A DNA stretch of 56,484 nt from positions 1 through 56,484 of the forward strand of contig CALDDM010000030.1 in the NCBI GenBank assembly GCA_937936355.1. The letters run 5' to 3'. The DNA comes from Minisyncoccota bacterium (GTDB taxonomy: Bacteria > Patescibacteriota > Minisyncoccia > Moranbacterales > GCA-2747515). The position numbers and the translations under genes are program-made. Below the pieces are notes generated by a model that ran no database searches, was not told the DNA's origin, and was given only the letters and a program-made list of their open reading frames with translations. Shown piece by piece: positions 27,075 through 36,380 of this stretch (its first letter is position 1; each line of letters opens with the position of its first letter).

Positions 27075-28404
27075 AAAAGTTGATGCAATTATGTGGTTTC
27101 GGCGGGATCTGCGCATGGATGATAATCACGCGCTCTTTCGTGCACTAACAGATAAGAAGTCAGTATTGCCGTTATTTATCTTTGACCAGAGGATTCTGGA
27201 TAAATTGCCACAGGACGATGCGCGCGTGACTTTTATTTGGGATGCATTGCATTCAATGGATAAGGTGATGCGCGCCCATGATTCTGCTCTACATATTAAA
27301 TATGGGTTGCCTGAGGATGTGCTGAAAAAGTTGTTAGAAAAATACCCAGAGGCAGATATTTATACAAATGAAGACTATGAGCCTTACGCACGCAAGAGGG
27401 ATCAGATGGCAAAGAAGATTGTAGAGGCTGGCGGCGGCAACTTTTATGCCTTTAAAGATCACGTCCTCCATGCTCCAGGAGAGATCCTGAAAGATGATAA
27501 GACACCATACAGTATCTATACGCCGTATAGCAAAAAGGCGCTCAAGAGGATACATGATGAGCCTGTATATGGAGAGTTTGAAATAGGTGAGAGTCTCCTC
27601 AAGAATCTTGTCCGTGGCGATGGGTCAGAGATGAGTTTATCGGACATAGGATTTGTCAAGAGTTCAGTGCAAATTCCTCGTGTAGATGTGGATCGTAATT
27701 TTCTTGAGCGCTACAAAGATGTGCGTGACACGCCGTCTGATGATCGTGGGACATCACGCGTTGGTGTACATCTGCGCTTTGGGACGATGAGTGTTCGTGC
27801 ACTTGCAAGGCAGGCCTCTGAAGTATCGGACAACACTTTTTTAAAGGAGTTGCTGTGGAGGGATTTTTTTCAAGCAATTCTCTACTATTATCCTCAGACA
27901 CCGCACATATCATTTAAGGTGTGCTATGATGACGTCCCATGGCGAACAGGGGAGAGGGCAGACCAAGACTTTGCTGCCTGGTGCGGCGGTGTGACAGGCT
28001 ATCCAATCGTAGATGCGGGGATGCGAGAACTAAATGCAACTGGGCACATGCACAACCGCGTGCGGATGGTTGTGGCATCATTCTTGTGTAAGCATTTACT
28101 ACTGGATTGGCGCCGAGGGGAGCGTTATTTTGCGTGTAAGTTATTGGACTATGAGCTAGCATCAAACGTGGGTAATTGGCAATGGGCTATGGGTGGTGGA
28201 TGTGACGCAGCTCCATACTTTCGTGTATTTAATCCATACACCCAACAAAAGAAATTTGATGCAGATTCAGAGTATATAAGAAAATGGATACCAGAGTATG
28301 GTACTGACGCATATCCACAAGCGATCATTGAGCACACAGACGCGCGCGAGAGAGCATTAAGTGTCTACAAAAACGCACTCGGAAAAAAAGAGACAAGCAA
28401 ATGA
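27067..28404 (+). CDS. phrB: Class I CPD photolyase
   Basis: WFRRDLRMDDN, GYPIVDAGMREL, GHMHNRVRM, GNWQW and YFRVFNP motifs. Confidence 0.95.
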   Translation: MDKKVDAIMWFRRDLRMDDNHALFRALTDKKSVLPLFIFDQRILDKLPQDDARVTFIWDALHSMDKVMRAHDSALHIKYGLPEDVLKKLLEKYPEADIYTNEDYEPYARKRDQMAKKIVEAGGGNFYAFKDHVLHAPGEILKDDKTPYSIYTPYSKKALKRIHDEPVYGEFEIGESLLKNLVRGDGSEMSLSDIGFVKSSVQIPRVDVDRNFLERYKDVRDTPSDDRGTSRVGVHLRFGTMSVRALARQASEVSDNTFLKELLWRDFFQAILYYYPQTPHISFKVCYDDVPWRTGERADQDFAAWCGGVTGYPIVDAGMRELNATGHMHNRVRMVVASFLCKHLLLDWRRGERYFACKLLDYELASNVGNWQWAMGGGCDAAPYFRVFNPYTQQKKFDADSEYIRKWIPEYGTDAYPQAIIEHTDARERALSVYKNALGKKETSK

Positions 28405-28442
28405 CATGCAAGCATGCTACAATAAGAAAATACAAAAAAACA

Positions 28443-28682
28443 ATGGCAACCAAGTATGACAATTTTATAGGGTGGATTGGTGCGCTAAGCGTAGTAACGG
28501 CGTATGCGCTACTCACATTTGAATTGACAAATCCAAAGGAAGTGCTCTACAACACTCTCAATCTCGTAGGGGGAGTATGTCTATGCTATAGAGTCTGGAT
28601 CGACCGTAACTACTCAAATGTGTTTCTTGAAATTGTTTTCATTGCAGTAGCAGTCTACGCTCTCGCTAAAATCATTCTTTGA
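28443..28682 (+). CDS. Small 3-TM membrane protein (CBU_0592-like)
   Basis: IGWIGA...AYALL...YNTLNLVG pattern; three hydrophobic segments. Confidence 0.75.
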   Translation: MATKYDNFIGWIGALSVVTAYALLTFELTNPKEVLYNTLNLVGGVCLCYRVWIDRNYSNVFLEIVFIAVAVYALAKIIL

Positions 28683-28687
28683 GGTAT

Positions 28688-29179
28688 ATGAGGAGGAAAG
28701 GATTTACGTTAATTGAATTATTGATCGTGATAGCAATCATAGGTATATTGGCATCGATCGTACTTGTATCCTTGAATACTGCACGTGAAAAGGCGCTCAG
28801 AGCAAAGGCGCACCAAGAGCTAGTTGGAATACGAAGTGCAATTACAGTAATGGCTGTGGATACAGAGGAGTGGCCAGGACATCAGCCGACCAATCAAGTA
28901 AATGTTTCTCTGTCTAATGAGATTGCAAATGTAGCAGCTACTGGGGTAGGGCTAAGTGACAATCCTGCAGGAGATCCATACACTGGCTGGGATGGTCCAT
29001 ATGTAGAATCGACGATGCTTGACCCATGGGGTAATCCCTATTTCTTTGACACTGACTACGATCTCAATGGAGGAGTAGGTACCCCTGAGTATGGTGTTGC
29101 ACTGGGATCCTATGGGCCAAATGGCCTTGGTTTGAATCTTTATGATAGTGATGATATTATAGTACTTCTCCCTCTGTGA
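28688..29179 (+). CDS. Type IV pilin / GspG-like pseudopilin
   Basis: RKG|FTLIELLIVIAIIGILA; W.GPY, DPWGNPY, SYGPNG and DDI motifs. Confidence 0.92.
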   Translation: MRRKGFTLIELLIVIAIIGILASIVLVSLNTAREKALRAKAHQELVGIRSAITVMAVDTEEWPGHQPTNQVNVSLSNEIANVAATGVGLSDNPAGDPYTGWDGPYVESTMLDPWGNPYFFDTDYDLNGGVGTPEYGVALGSYGPNGLGLNLYDSDDIIVLLPL

Positions 29180-29218
29180 GAAGCGAGTTGAATGTACAAA
29201 ATTCTAGCAAAGAAAACT

Positions 29219-30418
29219 ATGGCAGTAATAACAGATGAAAAAAAAATAGATGAGCTTCTTACCCGCGGTGTTGCAGAGGTCATAGATGCGACAGACCTCA
29301 AGAACGAGTTGATGAGTGGCCGTCAACTTCGTGTCAAGCTTGGTATAGACCCGACAAGTGCCCATCTGCATTTGGGTCGGAGTGTGCCACTTCTCAAGTT
29401 AAAGGACTTCCAAGACCTCGGACACAAGGTTGTTCTTTTGGTAGGCAATGCAACGGGTGTGATAGGAGATACGTCAGACAAGGATGCTGAGCGACCAATG
29501 CTCACACACGAAGACATAGAAAAAAACATGGCGCTCTACAAGGAACAGGCAGGAAAGATTCTCAAGATGGATGATCCTGAGCTGTTTGAAATTGTCTACA
29601 ATGCTGATTGGCTTGATCAGCTTGGCTACAAAGAGATTGGCCATCATGCAGACGCATTTTCACTCCATGAGTTTATCCAGCGTGAAAATATAAAGAAACG
29701 TCTCGACGCAGGAAAACGTGTTTCTCTGCGAGAGCTTCTGTATCCGCTAATGCAGGGATATGATAGTGTGGCGCTAGAAGCAGATGTGGAGCTTGGCGGA
29801 ACTGATCAGCGATTTAATCTCTTGGCTGGGCGCGTACTCCAAGAACAGGCAGGACAAAAGCGCCAAAATGTCGTAATGACAAATCTCATTCTCGGCACGG
29901 ATGGTCGTAAGATGAGTAGCAGCTGGGGCAATACGATCACGCTGACTGACAGCCCTCGTGACATGGGAGAAAAAATTATGAACATGCCAGATGATGTTGT
30001 GCCAATCTACTTTGAACACTGCACAAGGGTTCCTGTACAAGAGGTGCAGAGATTTTTGGCACTAGCAGACCCACGTCAAGCAAAAAAGGAGTTGGCAAGG
30101 GCGATCATAGAATTTTATGGAGGAAGCAAAAAAGCTGAGAAGGAAGCGCAGTACTTGCAGACTAAATTCATTGAAAAAAAACGATCAATTCAAGAAGTGC
30201 AGAAGCATAAAGTGATGGTAGGTGAGGCATTGTTGGATGTGATTGTTGGTAGTGGTGGCGCAAAAAGTAAGAGTGATGCTCGTCGCAAGGTAGAACAAGG
30301 TGGGGTGTCAGTAGATGATGTTAAGATGGAAGATGTTAAACGAGTGATAAGCCGAGCAGACAATGACGCAATATTAAAAGTGGGAAAAAAGTTTTTCGTC
30401 CAAATTGACTGTCAATAA
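29219..30418 (+). CDS. tyrS: Tyrosine--tRNA ligase
   Basis: GIDPT..LHLG (HLGR variant of HIGH), YPLMQGYDS, GGTDQ and KMSSS motifs; C-terminal S4 domain. Confidence 0.97.
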   Translation: MAVITDEKKIDELLTRGVAEVIDATDLKNELMSGRQLRVKLGIDPTSAHLHLGRSVPLLKLKDFQDLGHKVVLLVGNATGVIGDTSDKDAERPMLTHEDIEKNMALYKEQAGKILKMDDPELFEIVYNADWLDQLGYKEIGHHADAFSLHEFIQRENIKKRLDAGKRVSLRELLYPLMQGYDSVALEADVELGGTDQRFNLLAGRVLQEQAGQKRQNVVMTNLILGTDGRKMSSSWGNTITLTDSPRDMGEKIMNMPDDVVPIYFEHCTRVPVQEVQRFLALADPRQAKKELARAIIEFYGGSKKAEKEAQYLQTKFIEKKRSIQEVQKHKVMVGEALLDVIVGSGGAKSKSDARRKVEQGGVSVDDVKMEDVKRVISRADNDAILKVGKKFFVQIDCQ

Positions 30419-30439
30419 AGTAAGTTGTACGCAGAGATT

Positions 30440-31480
30440 ATGAAAGATCAATTAGTTGAAATTGTAAAAGGCGCCCTTGAAGAAATCAGTGCCGCAAAGA
30501 CACTGGAAGACATTGAAGGTGTGCGAGTTCGTCATACAGGAAAAAAAAGCCCCCTCTCAGTGCTTATAAAAAGCATGAAAGAGCGCACACCAGAAGAAAA
30601 GAAAGAGCTTGGTCCGGCTTTGAATGATGCGCGTACAGAGATCCACGGACGTCTCGAGGAAAGGTTGCAGGAAATTGAAGAGGCTTTTGATGGTGCTGCA
30701 GAGTGGGTAGACGTCACAGCACCAGGCAAAAAGGGCCCATCAGGTCATCTTCATCCGCTGACAATTGTCCAGCGTGATATAGAAGACATTTTCACATCGA
30801 TGGGTTTTGAGATTGCTGATGGACCAGAAGTTGAAACAGAATACTACAATTTTGATGCGGTCAATGTACCTGACAATCACCCGGCACGTGACATGCAAGA
30901 TACATTTTGGATTGAGACAAAGTCAGATGAGGATCGGCATGTTCTGCGCACGCACACATCCAATGTACAGGTGCGAGCTATGCAAGAAAAATCCGATCAG
31001 GGCATAAAGCCACCATTTCGCATCATAGTGCCTGGACGTGTTTTTCGCCAAGAGGCAACAGACGCATCGCATGAGCACACATTTCACCAGTTCGAGGCAC
31101 TTGTCGTCGGCGAGGATGTGAGTGTGGCAAACTTCCTTCACATAGCCGAGTCATTTTTCTCGCAGTTTTTTGGACAAGATATGAAAGTGCGCGTGCGACC
31201 GAGTTATTTCCCATTCGTGGAGCCGGGGTTTGAGTTTGATATTTCATGTACGATTTGTGGTGGCGATGGCTGTAGTTCATGCCAACAAACAGGGTGGATT
31301 GAGGTTGGTGGAGCGGGAATGGTACACCAGAATGTATTGGAGGCTGGAGGTTACGAGAAGGGTGTGTACACAGGTTTTGCATGGGGATTTGGTCTAGAGC
31401 GATTAGCGATGATGAAATATCGCATTGATGACATTAGGCATTTTCATGGCGGAGATGTACGATTTACACGACAGTTTTGA
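30440..31480 (+). CDS. pheS: Phenylalanine--tRNA ligase alpha subunit
   Basis: HPARDMQDTF, LRTHTS, SYFPFVEP and GFAWGFGLERLAM motifs. Confidence 0.98.
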   Translation: MKDQLVEIVKGALEEISAAKTLEDIEGVRVRHTGKKSPLSVLIKSMKERTPEEKKELGPALNDARTEIHGRLEERLQEIEEAFDGAAEWVDVTAPGKKGPSGHLHPLTIVQRDIEDIFTSMGFEIADGPEVETEYYNFDAVNVPDNHPARDMQDTFWIETKSDEDRHVLRTHTSNVQVRAMQEKSDQGIKPPFRIIVPGRVFRQEATDASHEHTFHQFEALVVGEDVSVANFLHIAESFFSQFFGQDMKVRVRPSYFPFVEPGFEFDISCTICGGDGCSSCQQTGWIEVGGAGMVHQNVLEAGGYEKGVYTGFAWGFGLERLAMMKYRIDDIRHFHGGDVRFTRQF

Positions 31481-31524
31481 TGGTGAGCACACTACTTTTT
31501 CATAACTCTGATTGACGAAAAAAT

Positions 31525-33900
31525 ATGCTATATAGTTATAAGTGGTTACAGGAATTATCACAAACCAAAAAATCTCCAAAGGAGGTTGCTGACTTACTGA
31601 TCGCGCATTCATTTGAGGTAGAAGACATTACAGAGCAAGGAGAGGGTCTTGATGATGTGGTTATAGGACATGTGATTGCAAAAGAGAAGCATCCTGATGC
31701 TGACAAGCTGAATGTTGTGTCTGTTGATGTAGGTGAGGAAAGATTGCAAATCGTCTGCGGAGCACCAAATATAAGTGAGGGTCAAAGGGTGCCTGTGGCC
31801 CTTGTCGGCGCCGTTCTTCCTGGTAACTTTGAAATAAAGCAAGCCAAGATAAGGGGTGTAGAAAGTGTCGGTATGATCTGCGCGGAAGATGAGCTAGGAC
31901 TTGGCACCGATCATGATGGCATCATGATCCTTGGCGAAGATGCACCAGTTGGCGAAAAGATTATTGATTATCTGGGGTTAGATGATACAGTACTTGATAT
32001 CGATGTGCTCCCAAATCGTGCACATGACGCTCTCTCGCATCGCGGCATGGCGCGAGAAATCGCGATGCTAGAAGAGAGAGTCCTGACATTTGATGAGACG
32101 ATGCCCGCTGACGATGCTGGTATTGCGGTAGAGGTGGAGACGCCAGCATGTAGTCGCTACAGTGCTACATCAATCACGGGCGTTGAAGTAGGGCCTTCTC
32201 CGCTATGGTTGGTACAGCGTCTCAAATCTTTGGGTCATGGAAGTTATAACAATGTTGTAGACATTACAAACTACATCATGCTTGAGACGGGACAACCATT
32301 ACATGCCTTCAGTGCAGACTTTGTGCCAAAGGTCATTGTGCGAAAGGCAACCGATAGAGAGCAGATGACACTGATCGACAAGACGGAGGTGAGCTTGTCA
32401 AAGGAAGACATTGTTATAACAGACGGTGAAAAGCCAATTGCACTTGCTGGTGTGATGGGTGGAAAGGGAAGCGCAATTACAGATGCGACCGTTGATATAG
32501 TGCTCGAGGCTGCAAGCTTCAGTGCACGCGCAATACGCGCAACAAAATCCCGGCATGGGCTTATGACTGATGCAGCATATAGATTCGAGCGTGACCTGGA
32601 TCCAAATCTAACAGAGCAGGCGGCGGCAAGGGCTAAAGAGATGATTCAGGAATTAGCAGGTGGTAAGGTGGTGGGTGTTACTGACACGTACCCGCAAGAG
32701 CAAAAAATATCGCCATGGAGCATTGCGCTAGAACATGCATCTGTTGAGCGACTGCTTGGCATAGAGATAGATACGTCGCACGTGCGAAAAATCCTTGAGG
32801 GGCTGAATATTAATGTAAAGCAGAAGAATGATGTGTATCTCTGTCACATCCCAACGTATAGACGAGATCTTGGGAATGCAGAGGATTTGATTGAAGAGAT
32901 TGGACGTATCTATGGCTATCAAAACATACATGCCCGACCATTGGTGGAGAATGTTCAAGTGCCGCAATATAATGCGCAGCGATTTTTTGAACGATCGACA
33001 AAGGACAATTTCGCAAAAGCTGGATTTGATGAGGTGCGATCCTACTCTTTCTATAGCGACGAAGATACGCGGAAGGCGGGTGTTGAACAGCTTGAGCACG
33101 TGATTTTGGCCGGCGGTGGCGATGATGCATCACTGCGAAATATGCGCAGAACGCTTGCAGTAGGTCTTTTGCATAGCGCAGGCAGAAATCAAGCGTATGA
33201 TGAGCAGACAGCAATCTTTGAGACAGGTCGACTATATCAACCACAAAAAGAAAGCGGATTACCGCAAGAGATGTTGATGTTGGGCATTGCGGTCACGTCA
33301 AAGAAAAAAGATGCGGATCAGTTCTACAGGCTCAAAGGTGCTCTGGAGACATATCTTACTTCTCATGGCGTGCGTGATGTCCTGTTTGCGCCGATCGCAG
33401 AGATGGAGGAGGTTGGCGATGATGCACCGCACCTTTTTCATCCATCGCGACGCGCAAAGATCACACTGCAAGACGGGATGGTTATAGGAATGATCGGCGA
33501 AGTGTCAAAGAAGGCGGCGAAAGCATTTGGGATAAAGAATGCACGAACAGCCTATGCGCAAATTGATCTTGATCGTGTAAGGAAGGAAGCACGGCAGGAT
33601 ATGACATATGAGTCGTTGCAAAAATATCCCAGTGTCATGCGTGATATATCGATAAAGGTAGATGCACAGACCCTTGTGGCAGATGTTGAACGCTCAATTT
33701 ATGCAGCAGGATCAGATTTACTTGTAGATGTTGATCTCTTTGATCTCTACACAAACACAAAAACCGCAGAGCGATCCGTAGCATTTCACCTCATCTTTCA
33801 ATCAAACACGTCAACGTTGACGACTGATCAGATTGATCCGCTCATGGCGAAAATTATTCAGCGCATAACAAGTGATGGATGGGACGTGAAGGGTGAGTAG
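31525..33900 (+). CDS. pheT: Phenylalanine--tRNA ligase beta subunit
   Basis: HPDADKL, IVCGAPN, NNVVDITNY, EDLIEEIGRIYGY motifs; FDX-ACB C-terminus. Confidence 0.97.
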   Translation: MLYSYKWLQELSQTKKSPKEVADLLIAHSFEVEDITEQGEGLDDVVIGHVIAKEKHPDADKLNVVSVDVGEERLQIVCGAPNISEGQRVPVALVGAVLPGNFEIKQAKIRGVESVGMICAEDELGLGTDHDGIMILGEDAPVGEKIIDYLGLDDTVLDIDVLPNRAHDALSHRGMAREIAMLEERVLTFDETMPADDAGIAVEVETPACSRYSATSITGVEVGPSPLWLVQRLKSLGHGSYNNVVDITNYIMLETGQPLHAFSADFVPKVIVRKATDREQMTLIDKTEVSLSKEDIVITDGEKPIALAGVMGGKGSAITDATVDIVLEAASFSARAIRATKSRHGLMTDAAYRFERDLDPNLTEQAAARAKEMIQELAGGKVVGVTDTYPQEQKISPWSIALEHASVERLLGIEIDTSHVRKILEGLNINVKQKNDVYLCHIPTYRRDLGNAEDLIEEIGRIYGYQNIHARPLVENVQVPQYNAQRFFERSTKDNFAKAGFDEVRSYSFYSDEDTRKAGVEQLEHVILAGGGDDASLRNMRRTLAVGLLHSAGRNQAYDEQTAIFETGRLYQPQKESGLPQEMLMLGIAVTSKKKDADQFYRLKGALETYLTSHGVRDVLFAPIAEMEEVGDDAPHLFHPSRRAKITLQDGMVIGMIGEVSKKAAKAFGIKNARTAYAQIDLDRVRKEARQDMTYESLQKYPSVMRDISIKVDAQTLVADVERSIYAAGSDLLVDVDLFDLYTNTKTAERSVAFHLIFQSNTSTLTTDQIDPLMAKIIQRITSDGWDVKGE

Positions 33901-33924
33901 TAATTTGAAAGTGCGCAAAAGAAC

Positions 33925-34761
33925 ATGAAAACACCAATATATACACTTCTATCACCGTCAAAGTCACTTGACTTTACAAGGCGGTCTGACACATTGATTC
34001 CAAAGGGAAAGAAGTCTTCGCATCTCGGTGCAACAAAAGAATTGCACAGGGTACTAAAGGAGTTGTCTGAGCAGGAGGTGGGTCAGCTCATGGGTATTTC
34101 ACCAAAGCTCGCAGAGCTTAATTATAGGCGTTTTCAAGGGTGGAACGATAGCTTTACAAAGCAGGAGTGCACAGTTGAAGGTGAGAAAAACTATGACTAT
34201 GCATTGCGCGCGTTTGTTGGCGATGTCTATAGAGGCATAGATGTGGAGGCGTATACGGCATCTGATTGGGAATATGCTGATGAGCATATTGGAATTTTGA
34301 GCGGATTTTATGGCATACTATCTCCATTGACGTACATAAAGCCGTACAGGCTTGAAATGGGGACGAGACTGCGGTGTGAGAGGGGTGGAGTACAACATGC
34401 GAATCTGTACGAATTTTGGGGAGACACGATTGCGAAGCACATAAATACAATCACAGATTCATGGGAGAATCCAATCATACTCAACCTAGCCTCTCTGGAA
34501 TACGCGAAGGCGGCATGTCGCAAATTAATACATGCAGATGTTATTGACGTGGACTTTAAGGTTGATCGAGGTGATGGGAAGCTGCAGGTCGTGGCGATCT
34601 ACGCCAAAAAAGCGCGCGGCACGCTAGCAAATCTCATTATACAAAAAAGGATCGAAAGCCTTAAAGAGTTGAAGAGAGAGGAGCCAAGTGGCTTTAAATT
34701 TGATAAAAATCACTCTACGCAGAAGCGATTAGTCTATGTGAAGAAGATAAAGAAGGTATAA
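33925..34761 (+). CDS. yaaA: Peroxide stress protein YaaA (DUF328)
   Basis: LSPSKSLDF, GDVYRG, ILSGFYGIL.P, YRLEMG, NLAS.EY and AKKARG motifs. Confidence 0.93.
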   Translation: MKTPIYTLLSPSKSLDFTRRSDTLIPKGKKSSHLGATKELHRVLKELSEQEVGQLMGISPKLAELNYRRFQGWNDSFTKQECTVEGEKNYDYALRAFVGDVYRGIDVEAYTASDWEYADEHIGILSGFYGILSPLTYIKPYRLEMGTRLRCERGGVQHANLYEFWGDTIAKHINTITDSWENPIILNLASLEYAKAACRKLIHADVIDVDFKVDRGDGKLQVVAIYAKKARGTLANLIIQKRIESLKELKREEPSGFKFDKNHSTQKRLVYVKKIKKV

Positions 34762-34780
34762 ATGCAAAAAAGATTTTACT

Positions 34781-35230
34781 ATGCAAGAAAAGTATACGAT
34801 CTACACAGATGGCGGATCTCGTGGTAATCCTGGTATTGGTGGGTGGGGGGCCTACATCTCATCTGCAGAAGGTGAAAAGGATCTCAGTGGAAATGAAGAA
34901 GAAACGACCAATAACCGCATGGAGCTGACAGCTGCGATTGAGGCCCTTAAATACTGTGGTGATACGTCTTTGATTGTTTTGCATACAGACTCAACATATG
35001 TCAGAGACGGTATCACAAAATGGATCGATAACTGGAAGAGTAATGGCTGGCGCACAGCAGCAAAAAAACCCGTCAAAAACCAAGATTTATGGATACTACT
35101 CGATGAGCAAGTCGCACGCCACACAATCGACTGGAAATGGGTCAAAGGTCATGCAGGTGACGAGGGAAATGAGCGTGCAGATATGTTGTGCAACAAAGCA
35201 ATGGATGAGATGGAGAATGAAATGGAGTAA
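34781..35230 (+). CDS. rnhA: Ribonuclease HI
   Basis: IYTDG...GNPG.GGWG, TTNNRMEL, TDSTYV and WVKGHAG..GNERAD motifs. Confidence 0.97.
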   Translation: MQEKYTIYTDGGSRGNPGIGGWGAYISSAEGEKDLSGNEEETTNNRMELTAAIEALKYCGDTSLIVLHTDSTYVRDGITKWIDNWKSNGWRTAAKKPVKNQDLWILLDEQVARHTIDWKWVKGHAGDEGNERADMLCNKAMDEMENEME

Positions 35231-35240
35231 GGTTAGGGGA

Positions 35241-35810
35241 ATGGAGGATAAAATCAGCGCAGCAGTAGAGGTATTGAAAAACGGCGGTCTCGTCGTCATG
35301 CCATCGGATACAATCTATGGTATTTTTTGTTGCGCACACGATAAAAAAGCAATAGAGCGACTCTATCATGTACGAAAGCGTGAAAAAAGAAAGGCCTGTA
35401 TAGTCCTCTTAGCTTCACTCGACGAGTTGCAAAGCCTTGAAATTACACTCTCACAAAACAAAAAAAAATTTTTAGAATCCCTGCCGCAAGATCAAGCAAT
35501 CACATTTATTCTAAAGTCACAAAGCGATCGATTTGCACACATCCAGAGGGGCTTAGGGTCGATAGCATGTCGCATTCCAGTCGAAGGGACTAAAAGAGGA
35601 AAGGCTCTACATGAGATTCTCAAGCAAACAGGACCTCTCCTAGCGCCCAGTGCAAATATAGCAGGCATGCCGCCGGCACAAACAATCATCCAAGCGCAGG
35701 AATACTTTGGCGCTAAAGTTGATCTCTACATCGACCATGGTGAGCCACTCCACGCAAAACCCTCAAGCATTTACGATCTAACGAGAAGTCAGCCAAAAAA
35801 AATCCGCTAA
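35241..35810 (+). CDS. tsaC: Threonylcarbamoyl-AMP synthase (YrdC/TsaC)
   Basis: GGLVVMPSDTIYG, APSANIAG and PSSIYDL motifs; ATG at 35241 after AGGGG. Confidence 0.9.
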   Translation: MEDKISAAVEVLKNGGLVVMPSDTIYGIFCCAHDKKAIERLYHVRKREKRKACIVLLASLDELQSLEITLSQNKKKFLESLPQDQAITFILKSQSDRFAHIQRGLGSIACRIPVEGTKRGKALHEILKQTGPLLAPSANIAGMPPAQTIIQAQEYFGAKVDLYIDHGEPLHAKPSSIYDLTRSQPKKIR

Positions 35811-35980
35811 CCATAAAAGAAGGAGGAGTTAAGTATACTATAAAACTGCATCGAGCACGGGAAGAGGTGCAACCAATTATCATTCAGTAAAGTGTGTAAT
35901 CTGTACAATAAAGTTGACTTTATACCAATAGTATGATATAAAAAATATGCAAAATACTTGCACAATATTAGGAGAAAAAA

Positions 35981-36340
35981 ATGGCGAAACAAGCCATACT
36001 ATTACAATCACTCACGCTACCACGAAGCGGTTTTATGTTCACAGTAGGATGTACTGGAGTAGAATTATCGCCAGAAGAAGCGATAGCAAACAAGTTAACA
36101 ACTCAGGCGCAGATTCTTGAGTACGCTGCCAGTCACTACGAATCACATTGGTGGATCGTGTTGCCCAAAAACAAGATAACCGTGTCACAGTCGGGTATTG
36201 GCTCGGCTGACGAGGAGTTTGAGATCATCATTCCCCAGGAGGGATTAGAAGAGCCAAATACAAGTCTGGACAACGCCGCCGCCACCGGCCTTGCAACAGT
36301 AGGATATCTCTATGATATCTACAAAAAAACACAACGTTAA
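35981..36340 (+). CDS. Hypothetical protein
   Basis: AGGAG Shine-Dalgarno, TTGACT-17-TATAAA promoter (35914-35942) and a downstream terminator. Confidence 0.7.
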   Translation: MAKQAILLQSLTLPRSGFMFTVGCTGVELSPEEAIANKLTTQAQILEYAASHYESHWWIVLPKNKITVSQSGIGSADEEFEIIIPQEGLEEPNTSLDNAAATGLATVGYLYDIYKKTQR

Positions 36341-36350
36341 CTACTCACCA

Positions 36351-36380
36351 AAGGAAACTCGCCTTCGGTGAGTTTTCTTT
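36351..36380. terminator. Terminator between convergent genes
   Basis: AAGGAAACTCGC-CTTCG-GTGAGTTTTCTT with a cUUCGg loop. Confidence 0.75.

Noticed and set aside
29192-29218. tyrS ORF start MYKIL resembling the amidohydrolase start
   Set aside because: Only five residues with no flanking DNA similarity; coincidence. The likely start is 29219.
13141-31480. Alternative genetic code 25 (TGA = Gly)
   Set aside because: Conserved genes are full length under code 11, and pheS, pyrH and glyA end in TGA at plausible C-termini.
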